Shown here: piece after piece, positions 17,797-25,004 of the stretch | How the letters are laid out: every line of letters begins with the position of its first letter | Numbering within the stretch: position 1 is the first letter of the stretch | DNA from: Nostoc sp. T09 | GTDB lineage: Bacteria > Cyanobacteriota > Cyanobacteriia > Cyanobacteriales > Nostocaceae | DNA: 32,000 bases | Assembly (NCBI RefSeq): GCF_002154695.1 | Contig: NZ_MTAV01000014.1 | Span: 43,880-75,879 of the forward strand | Reading direction: 5' to 3' | Notes under the pieces: model-generated | What the model saw: only the letters and a program-made list of their open reading frames with translations | Told to the model about the DNA's origin: nothing | The model's database searches: none | Made by a program: the position numbers and the translations under genes

Positions 17797-18785
17797 AGTT
17801 GTGCCTCGGTCTGTTCAATTATTTTTACAGTATTTAAGAATTGCTCATAGGCAACCTGACGGAGGATTTCTTGTAATTTGCCCCTTTGAAATTCATTTAA
17901 ATCTAACTTGAGATTATCCTCTTCGTTGTAGCAAAGGTTGACAAAAGTGATTTCATCGGTATGTAAAAATTTTGCTACATCTGGTTTTTTATCAGGCAGA
18001 TTGTTAATTAATTCGCAGGTATCTGGGTCAAAATACAGATGCACTAAATTTTGAATGCCAACAACAGGGCGACCTTGATAGTGGGGCTTGCCATCACTAG
18101 ATTGCCACAGAACACCAAAGACTTTGCAATTTCCAGAACGGTAGACTTTCCCGATTTGTGGTGCACCTCTAATACTAGATGAGGGTCGTGAAGTATCCCG
18201 AATTTTTCTGATGAGTAGTTTTAAGGGTTGCATATCTAGCTTGATATCTGTCATCCCCACAACTTCATAAAGTTCTAAAATCAAATCGTCACTTTCAATA
18301 TCTCCAATAAAGCAGACTGGCTCAGAATCATCTAGATAGCAACGTTCGGCTGTAAATACTTCTACTTTTAGATCATAGAACAGTCGCCAAACATAAAACT
18401 CACTGGTTTGCCAGCGCCAACCCCCGAATATAAATTGAGCTTCACTTCTCGCTTCATCGTAGTTTGGGCGGTTAATTTCACTGAGATCAATGGCTTGAGC
18501 AAGATCAGTAAAGAGAGCTTTTGTGTGGTTGAGGATGTCTAATAAATCTGTCTGCGGATTTTTCAGAGCAGGAGAAGTATTGATTGTCTGAATTAGGTTG
18601 AGAATCATGGGGTATGCACGATTGGTTTCTCCTGCAAAACAGATGAAACAGTCTCTGCGGGGCAATTCAAAAAGTTTTACTCCCGCTTCCCATCGTTCAC
18701 CCGCAGAAAGACAACTATCGGTTGCAAATACTAATTCTTGATCGCCTGTCGGTGTATGACGTACCCAGGCTGCACATAAAGTCAT
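17793..18785 (-). CDS. Uncharacterised 330-aa protein embedded in the type I R-M operon. The N-terminal ~185 aa resemble the HslV/proteasome-beta Ntn-hydrolase fold, and the C-terminal ~145 aa are unassigned.
   Basis: ATGA overlaps link it to both hsdS (18782-18785) and hsdR (17793-17796). The pattern MT-LCAAWV...LVFATDSCLSAGE...GVKLFEL...FICFAGETNRAY...VCFIGDIESDD parallels E. coli HslV MTTIVSV...VVIAGDGQAT...VKKVRRL...IAGFAGGTADAF...IAIGSGGPYA, recalled from memory. The gene call is solid and the fold call is inference. Confidence 0.55.
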   Translation of the reverse strand: MTLCAAWVRHTPTGDQELVFATDSCLSAGERWEAGVKLFELPRRDCFICFAGETNRAYPMILNLIQTINTSPALKNPQTDLLDILNHTKALFTDLAQAIDLSEINRPNYDEARSEAQFIFGGWRWQTSEFYVWRLFYDLKVEVFTAERCYLDDSEPVCFIGDIESDDLILELYEVVGMTDIKLDMQPLKLLIRKIRDTSRPSSSIRGAPQIGKVYRSGNCKVFGVLWQSSDGKPHYQGRPVVGIQNLVHLYFDPDTCELINNLPDKKPDVAKFLHTDEITFVNLCYNEEDNLKLDLNEFQRGKLQEILRQVAYEQFLNTVKIIEQTEAQL

Positions 18786-20104
18786 GCAGTAACCTCCTCC
18801 CTAACATCAATTTTGCCTGTTACTGCTGCTGTGATAAGGGTCTGGCGATATTCTTGCAGTTTTTCTATAGTTTCCTTGTTTTTAGTAATAATTTTGTCAA
18901 TCATTACTGTTGACTTTTGAATAAATGAAACAATATCCTCTTGTTCTTTATAAGGTGGTTCAACAATTGGTAAGGTTTGCAAGATAGGAACGCTTAAATT
19001 AACTTGTGCTGATCCCCAACCTTCAACTGTAAAGAATGACTGAGCAAATGAGGAGTTAATATAATAACTATAAAAGAGGGGAAATTGCTGAGGATTAAGT
19101 GTAGCTATTAGTAAAGTAAAACATTGAGCATGATTTAGTTCTTCAGGAACTACAGCAGTCATGCCAGCGTTTGCACCTGTGCGAACAGTCAAAATATCTC
19201 CTTTACGAAGATACTTAGAGCGATTTTTTTCTGCAAACCACTCCTCAATATAAAGAATATCGCTGAAATCAATATAATTTTTTTTTACATTACCAGAGCG
19301 AACGATAGGAACTCCTTGGAGTGTATAAGCGTGAGTTGCTGCTTCTGCAATTCCGACTTCAATACGTGATGTAACACGTTTAAAAATTTTTACTCGCCAA
19401 TGTTCAGGAACTTCACCAATCCCAGAAATACCAGAATCTTTCATCGGAACATTTGGGTTTAGCCCTTTGGTTACAGCTTGGTTAATCAGAGCATTGCGTT
19501 TTTCTTCGAGTAGTTCGATGAGACGTTGTTTTTTGTCAATAAGGGTAGCGATCGCAACAGTTTTGCGATCAAGGAAAGAGGCGATTGCACTTTGCTGCTC
19601 AAGAGGAAGCACAGGAATAGAAATTGAACCAATCTCAGAGGCATTAGTTGCTGGGTAACTCACTCCAATAGAACGAGCACATATTTCATCAACTACAAAA
19701 CTAGAACGCATCCAGTAATATAGGTAACGAGGATTTAGTATATTGCCTATTGGAGAAAGAACAGCAAATCCTGTTGAGGCAATTAGGCTGGGATTATTCT
19801 CTTCAACATAGCTAATGGCTTTCAGGTATGTTCTAACAGTAGAAACAATCGTGTCTCCTTGAATCACTTTTCGTCTTGCTCTTGATGGTGAATTCTCGAA
19901 AACGAATTCACTCATTTGTAAGATTTTTCCAGTAGAATCAACGCTTCCAATATCTATGTATTTTATGGGAAAATCGGACGGAGTTGATTCCGGTAGAGTT
20001 TTTGCATTAATTTGAGTTACATACTTCAATGGCATTAAGGTAACTGATTTTTCTAAGTCTCCAAGCCATAGAAGATTTCGGTCACAGCTAACTAAGGCTT
20101 TCAT
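18782..20104 (-). CDS. hsdS: Type I R-M specificity subunit (HsdS)
   Basis: The protein is 440 aa with two variable target-recognition halves. These are separated and followed by the conserved helical spacers LIELLEEKRNALINQAVTKGL and IEKLQEYRQTLITAAVTGKIDV. Confidence 0.85.
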   Translation of the reverse strand: MKALVSCDRNLLWLGDLEKSVTLMPLKYVTQINAKTLPESTPSDFPIKYIDIGSVDSTGKILQMSEFVFENSPSRARRKVIQGDTIVSTVRTYLKAISYVEENNPSLIASTGFAVLSPIGNILNPRYLYYWMRSSFVVDEICARSIGVSYPATNASEIGSISIPVLPLEQQSAIASFLDRKTVAIATLIDKKQRLIELLEEKRNALINQAVTKGLNPNVPMKDSGISGIGEVPEHWRVKIFKRVTSRIEVGIAEAATHAYTLQGVPIVRSGNVKKNYIDFSDILYIEEWFAEKNRSKYLRKGDILTVRTGANAGMTAVVPEELNHAQCFTLLIATLNPQQFPLFYSYYINSSFAQSFFTVEGWGSAQVNLSVPILQTLPIVEPPYKEQEDIVSFIQKSTVMIDKIITKNKETIEKLQEYRQTLITAAVTGKIDVREEVTA

Positions 20105-20106
20105 GG

Positions 20107-22188
20107 TTAATTTATAACCTCCTTCAGCATTCCCTGAATTTCATCTTCTAAATCTTTAATTTCCTGTTCAATTTTCTCCAACGGTCTAGGTGGTACATAT
20201 TCATAAAAATGCCGTGTAAACGGTATTTCATAACCAATCTTCGTCTTACTCCCATCTACCCATGCATCTGGCACATGGGGTAAAACTTCGCGCTTCATAT
20301 ACTCATCAATATCTTCTTTCAATGGCACATTTTCGTAATCTCTAAGGTCTGAGTCTGGTTCTGGGTTGCCATCTTTATCAATACAGATATCAGCTGTTTC
20401 ATCTCGTTCAGCTAAAGCATTTATAATTGCTTTCTTCACCGGAGCTGCTACTTTCACATCAGCCACTTTCAATGCAGCCGTCAAATCTGTTTCAAACTCA
20501 TCCCGCTTTTTGTATAGAATATCTCCTAAATTACGCAATGCTTCTTTAATAGTCTCCTGTAACTGCTTCCCTTCTTCAATTTCTCGTAAAGCAACCCCAC
20601 CGCGTTTTTTAGACTCAGCTAAATTTATAAAGGCAGTTTCAGTTTCTAGCTTGGCAATACGTTCATCACTCACCTGAAAATTTAACCTTAGCGGACGTTC
20701 TACTGTGATGCGCCAATAACCAAAGTCTTCATTATCAAAAATTTTGCTAACAATAATATCTTGTTCTTTACCATCTACCTCAAGTTTGCGTTTAACATAC
20801 TGATGAAACTCGCCCTCGCCGTAAATGCAGGTAATTTCTGCTATTTGATTGGGCTTGCCATCTTCACCATCCCCAATTTCATTACGCTTATTTCCCAAAC
20901 TACGGGTCATTTTTTTGTAATAATGGATGCCATTAACAAGCTGTATTTTACCTTTACGTTTTGGAACTTTACAATTGGTTACAATCCAAATATATGTATA
21001 AATTCCAGTGTTATAAAACAATTGGTCTGGCATAGCAACAATCGCTTCTAGCATATCGTTTTCGATAAGCCATTTGCGAATTTCACTTTCGCCACTACCA
21101 GCACTGCCTGAAAATAGCGGTGAGCCGTTGAATACAATGGCAATTCGAGAACCACCATTATCAAGCTTCATCTTAGAAATCATGTGTTGTAGGAACAAGA
21201 AAGAACCATCAGAAATCCTCGGTAATCCGGCTCCAAAACGTCCATCAAATCCTTTCTTCTCATACTCATTTTTGACATATGTTTGCACCTTCTTCCATTC
21301 CACACCAAAGGGCGGATTAGACAACATATAATCAAATGTTTCGTGTGCCAAACCATCATTAGTAAAAGTATTTCCAAACTTAATATTGCTGATATCTTGA
21401 CCTTTAATCAACATATCAGATTTACAAATTGCGTAAGATTCTGGGTTGAGTTCTTGACCAAAAACCACAGGCTTAGAATATTCGTTAAGTTCTTTAATGT
21501 ACTCTTCTGCTACAGACAGCATCCCACCAGTTCCACAAGCAGGATCGTAGATAGTTTTGACAATACCTTTTTGGATTAGAATATCTTTATCATTGATAAA
21601 CAGAAGGTTAACCATTAGTCGGATAACTTCACGCGGTGTAAAGTGTTCCCCCGCAGTTTCATTAGATAATTCTGAAAATTTGCGAATTAACTCCTCAAAA
21701 ACATATCCCATCTCCGTGCTGTTTGCTTCTTTTGGATGAAGATCAACTTCAGCAAAATTTTTAACAATTAAAAATAGCAGATTAGCTTCATCTAAACGAT
21801 TAATTTGGTCATTGAAGTTAAAATATTCGATGATTTCTCTGCCTGCGGCAGAGAAGCCATTAATAAAGTTTTTGAGATTAGCGGCTAAATTATCTGGATC
21901 TGCTTTGAGTTTTTGAAAGGTAAACTGGCTAATATTGTGAAAAGGTACGCCAGCTTTTTGGTTTAGTAAAGGCTCAGGATTCTTCAGATTCTTCATAGAC
22001 TTTACTTTCGTTTCGTAAAAGTCCATCACAGATACTTTTGTTGGCTCTAAAATGCAGTCTAATCGACGCAACACTGTGAATGGCAGTATGACTTTGCCAT
22101 AGTCAGCTTGCTTATAATCACCGCGTAAAAGTTCAGCAATACTCCAAATAAAACCAACAAGCTTTCTTACTTTTTCCGTTCGCGCCAT
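20107..22188 (-). CDS. hsdM: Type I R-M N6-adenine DNA methyltransferase subunit (HsdM), long form
   Basis: It has the SAM-binding motif DPACGTGGML, the catalytic motif LSNPPFG and an HsdM N-terminal domain. An acidic, helical C-terminal extension of about 200 aa follows. The stop lies 2 nt before the hsdS start. Confidence 0.9.
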   Translation of the reverse strand: MARTEKVRKLVGFIWSIAELLRGDYKQADYGKVILPFTVLRRLDCILEPTKVSVMDFYETKVKSMKNLKNPEPLLNQKAGVPFHNISQFTFQKLKADPDNLAANLKNFINGFSAAGREIIEYFNFNDQINRLDEANLLFLIVKNFAEVDLHPKEANSTEMGYVFEELIRKFSELSNETAGEHFTPREVIRLMVNLLFINDKDILIQKGIVKTIYDPACGTGGMLSVAEEYIKELNEYSKPVVFGQELNPESYAICKSDMLIKGQDISNIKFGNTFTNDGLAHETFDYMLSNPPFGVEWKKVQTYVKNEYEKKGFDGRFGAGLPRISDGSFLFLQHMISKMKLDNGGSRIAIVFNGSPLFSGSAGSGESEIRKWLIENDMLEAIVAMPDQLFYNTGIYTYIWIVTNCKVPKRKGKIQLVNGIHYYKKMTRSLGNKRNEIGDGEDGKPNQIAEITCIYGEGEFHQYVKRKLEVDGKEQDIIVSKIFDNEDFGYWRITVERPLRLNFQVSDERIAKLETETAFINLAESKKRGGVALREIEEGKQLQETIKEALRNLGDILYKKRDEFETDLTAALKVADVKVAAPVKKAIINALAERDETADICIDKDGNPEPDSDLRDYENVPLKEDIDEYMKREVLPHVPDAWVDGSKTKIGYEIPFTRHFYEYVPPRPLEKIEQEIKDLEDEIQGMLKEVIN

Positions 22189-22233
22189 TCACAACTCCAC
22201 GGTAGACTAATTATCTGTCATATTTAGCAGTAC

Positions 22234-22267
22234 TTAGCACAAACAATTTTTAGTCGTGTTGTGCTAA
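22234..22267. promoter_or_regulatory. Inverted repeat TTAGCACAAACA / TGTTGTGCTAA in the hsdM upstream region
   Basis: The 11-12 bp arms are 11 nt apart and lie 46-79 bp upstream of the hsdM start on the minus strand. This could be an operator or a 5'-UTR hairpin. It is untested. Confidence 0.25.
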
Positions 22268-22351
22268 ATGTATTCATGGTCAAATTACACAACTAATCCT
22301 CTAACTAATCTGTATGTGCTGCCAAATTGTCCATTATCTAGTAAACCATTA

Positions 22352-22957
22352 TTAAGTCCAATCTCTTCTAATACGAGTTACCGCCTGGTTTAACCCTTCA
22401 CTATGAATCCAACCGACAAACCCGCCGTAAATCATTCTGTCATTGACATCGCCTAAAAAAACATGGTCAACACCAACGGGGTTTTTCCAAGTTCTTACCA
22501 CTGTCCCATCTCTCAGCTTCATGATGGGAATTGACCACTGAAAATCTCTGTGGTTTGCAGGAGTCATGCCAGGGACATTCTCTAAAATAGCCATTACCTC
22601 TTGAGTGACATTTTTGGTGTAAGTTTTTACCGTAGCTTTGAGCCGTTCTTTAAGGTTTCTGTCAAACAATAGTAAAAAATCAATTTCTTTAAAAAGCTTG
22701 GTATGTGATTGAGTCTGCCGTCTGTGGCTATAAATACCTGTTAAGAAACCTTCCAGAATTACTTTTGCCAAAGCATGGCTAATCAAACCTATTAGTCCTA
22801 AGGCAGCAATTCCACCCACCATCCCTGCTGGACCTCCCAGGAATGCTAAAGCTGTGGTGATAGCAGCGGCATCTTTTAAACCTGTAGTCGCCATTAATAC
22901 CGCCAAGATAATACAAGGTAATCCGATAGCAGCAAGTTTTTTGACGACTTCATCCAT
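22352..22957 (-). CDS. Small membrane protein with a glycine-zipper-like N-terminal double TM segment and a soluble C-terminal domain
   Basis: The N-terminus reads IGLPCIILAVLMATTGL...ALAFLGGPAGMVGGIAALGLIGLI. I recognised no family. Confidence 0.55.
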   Translation of the reverse strand: MDEVVKKLAAIGLPCIILAVLMATTGLKDAAAITTALAFLGGPAGMVGGIAALGLIGLISHALAKVILEGFLTGIYSHRRQTQSHTKLFKEIDFLLLFDRNLKERLKATVKTYTKNVTQEVMAILENVPGMTPANHRDFQWSIPIMKLRDGTVVRTWKNPVGVDHVFLGDVNDRMIYGGFVGWIHSEGLNQAVTRIRRDWT

Positions 22958-23147
22958 ACCCTTTCACCGCAAGACAAGATTCATGCTGAAGTCTTTTTTA
23001 ACACATATGAAAGTTAAAATTGCTGAAATTGCAGTAATCCTTTATGGCGGGAATCACAATCTCGACTTTGCGATCGCATTTTTATCAACAGCAACGCAAA
23101 ATTCAGATTATCTAAAGGAGACTCAATTTCACTCCAAATCCTTATAG

Positions 23148-23198
23148 TTTGTAAACTGTAGTAGCTCAAAATTTTATATTTTGTTTACTGCTGTAGCT
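23148..23198 (+). promoter_or_regulatory. Two imperfect 19-bp direct repeats (TTTGTAAACTGTAGTAGCT / TTTGTTTACTGCTGTAGCT) just upstream of the XRE gene; candidate operators
   Basis: The copies match at 15 of 19 positions and are spaced 32 bp start to start. They lie in the divergent intergenic region between the membrane-protein gene and the XRE gene. Confidence 0.3.
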
Positions 23199-23203
23199 AT
23201 TAT

Positions 23204-23497
23204 ATGAGCAATAAGGACGATAAAAAAACCAGAATGTATATTTATGTTGCAGATGTTGTAGCGGTTGCTTGGAACAAAGAGAGAGGAATGCTTTTAAAGC
23301 GATTGCGGGGAAAAAAATCACGTCAAAAACTAGCTGATGAAATTGCAGCCAGGGGAGGAGAATGCTCCCATCAAAATCTCAAGAAACTAGAGTACGGTGA
23401 GTCCGAAAGTGTCTCAACCAAAGTATTAGAGGCTGTTTGTGCTGCATTAGATATTTCTTTAAGTGACTTTCTCAGTACTGTCGAAGTGACTAATTAA
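23204..23497 (+). CDS. XRE-family helix-turn-helix transcriptional regulator
   Basis: LLKRLRGKKSRQKLADEIAARGGECSHQNLKKLEYGE...VLEAVCAALDISLSDFL is a typical HTH_3 pattern. The true start may be the internal Met at 23288. Confidence 0.8.
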   Translation: MSNKDDKKTRMYIYVADVVAVAWNKERGMLLKRLRGKKSRQKLADEIAARGGECSHQNLKKLEYGESESVSTKVLEAVCAALDISLSDFLSTVEVTN

Positions 23498-23624
23498 AGT
23501 TTTGAATATTCTTCTTGTTATTAGCTACTAAAGTATCTAATATATTTGATGAAATCAAAAAGACGATCGTCCTCCGGCAAGAGTATGCGATCGCCTTTTA
23601 AACCCCGTTAATGAGGTTACTTAA

Positions 23625-23927
23625 ATGATTGTACAAGAAGAGTTCGATGACGAAACCTCGGCTCAATCAGAGTTTGAGGAATACATTGACCAGCTTGCTC
23701 AAACAGTACCGCCAGAAATTGAAATCGATTCAGTACCAGATGATTTTGGAGAACTGTATCGAGTGTGGAACAGCTATCATCTGCTAGGAACTTTTTATCA
23801 GAATCTTGAAGGCAAATGGGTAGCACAATGCTGTAACACAGATGAAAGACCTTGTTGTGACACCCCTGAATTAGCACAGCTTTTCATCATTGCTGTGAAC
23901 GGGTTACTAGTTGCAGATGTAGCGTAA
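23625..23927 (+). CDS. Small, very acidic hypothetical protein
   Basis: The protein is 100 aa. About 15 of the first 50 residues are D/E, with no K/R before residue 46. A strong terminator follows. No family was recognised. Confidence 0.5.
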   Translation: MIVQEEFDDETSAQSEFEEYIDQLAQTVPPEIEIDSVPDDFGELYRVWNSYHLLGTFYQNLEGKWVAQCCNTDERPCCDTPELAQLFIIAVNGLLVADVA

Positions 23928-23965
23928 TACGTAATTACTTTTTATACATCAATTTTCCATCACCT

Positions 23966-23991
23966 AGAGACGTGCATTTAAGCACGTCTCT
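23966..23991 (+). terminator. Rho-independent terminator
   Basis: A perfect 10-bp stem AGAGACGTGC / GCACGTCTCT encloses a 6-nt loop. It is followed by the T-rich TTATTGTTT and lies 39 bp after the stop at 23927. Confidence 0.6.
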
Positions 23992-24368
23992 TTATTGTTT
24001 AAAGCTTCTTATAAATAGAACTATCTCCAATAATTAAATAAATATAAAATTGGATTTTTCATAGCTTGATTTAGCTTACTTTGTAGAAGGTAAATCTAAA
24101 ATACTTGATTTGACGTAATTTTACATTGTGGAATAGATATAAGCGGGGATGGGAAAACGCGGAGATTTATATATAGCGAGATTTTAGAGCAAGGCTATAA
24201 TGCCACAAATTGCCCAAATTTCCGATTTAGAAAGGTTCACAGCGATTTTGCGGACATTGCTCCTAACTAAGTGCAATCAGACTGCATAAACTAGCGATCG
24301 CTAACCTATTGATTGAGTGAAGGGGTTGAAACCTTGCAAACACTGCTCACATCAAAAGGAAAACGGTC

Positions 24369-25004
24369 ATGAAAACGCAAATTTTGTTAAGCCTTGCTTG
24401 TTCTTTGTCTCTGTTGGGTGCTGTTACAGTACCAGCTAGTGCTCAACCTACTGTGCAGCCTCAGCCCCAAGCAGTAAGTCAAGATCTAACTATTCCTCAA
24501 GATACAGCCATTATCGTTTCATTTCCCGCATCTGTGACTGTAGATGTTGGGCAAAAGAAAGATTATCCTTTGACACTTCCTTTAGCTAGTGCAATTAAAG
24601 ATGCTCAAGGTAATGTTGTAGCACCGGAAAATACTCCCGTCACCATTGTTCTTAAACCTACTGATGGGGGCGCTAAAATTGTCGCACAATCGCTGGTAAT
24701 TAATGGTCGAATTGTCTCAATTAAAGCATCGAGTCAGATGATTCCTGGCACTACTATCACCCAAAAGCGAGCTAATGATAAAGCTGTAGAAAACGGTTCT
24801 GTTTGGGGTAGACTAACCGGAAGTACCTTGGGCTTTTTGAGCAATGGAGATCCTGAACAGTTTGACCGAGGTGCAATGCTAGGGAGCGCCATTGGATTAG
24901 TCTCAGGCTTGCGTTCGGCAGAAAATACTCGTATTGTCCAAATTGCCCAAAGCAGTGTTTATGTTTTGTCGCTTGAAGCTCCTATCCAATTGTCTGCTCG
25001 CTAA
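24369..25004 (+). CDS. Secreted hypothetical protein
   Basis: The signal peptide is MKTQILLSLACSLSLLGAVTVPASA-QP. No family was recognised. Confidence 0.6.
   Translation: MKTQILLSLACSLSLLGAVTVPASAQPTVQPQPQAVSQDLTIPQDTAIIVSFPASVTVDVGQKKDYPLTLPLASAIKDAQGNVVAPENTPVTIVLKPTDGGAKIVAQSLVINGRIVSIKASSQMIPGTTITQKRANDKAVENGSVWGRLTGSTLGFLSNGDPEQFDRGAMLGSAIGLVSGLRSAENTRIVQIAQSSVYVLSLEAPIQLSAR

Noticed and set aside
17793-18785. Identifying the embedded type I R-M gene as a PrrC/RloC-type anticodon nuclease
   Set aside because: The position between hsdS and hsdR matches the prr locus. However, the protein lacks the N-terminal ABC-type Walker A/B NTPase domain. The only near match is GAPQIGKV, which is mid-protein and lacks S/T. 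The N-terminus instead fits an Ntn-hydrolase pattern.
19278-19286. A T9 (A9 on the coding strand) homopolymer inside hsdS as a possible slipped-strand phase-variation switch
   Set aside because: A 9-nt A/T run is unremarkable in DNA this AT-rich. It encodes an ordinary KKN stretch, and there is no second hsdS half-gene or inverted repeat nearby to suggest a phase-variable system.
20366-21739. Five plus-strand ORFs of 60-103 aa (20366-20677, 20761-21051, 21074-21331, 21283-21579, 21557-21739) and one minus-strand ORF (21180-21377), all inside hsdM
   Set aside because: All lie within a gene strongly supported by methyltransferase motifs. Their products are low-complexity and hydrophobic, as expected from reading AT-rich coding DNA in the wrong frame or strand, and they show no start context or recognisable motifs.
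24128-24146. ACATTGTGGAATAG as a right-end att repeat matching CATTTGTGGGAG at 6706-6717, which would make a ~17.4-kb island
   Set aside because: The match needs an indel and has only a short exact core (TTGTGG). The flanking sequence shows no dcm 3' homology. It is weaker than the 9/10 match at 14672-14681. The larger-island idea is retained only as an alternative in the findings.
24982-25004. A 23-nt convergent overlap between the 3' ends of the secreted-protein gene and the CHAD gene
   Set aside because: Short convergent 3' overlaps are common. This one may also shrink with a different stop or start interpretation, and there is nothing else unusual in the sequence here.
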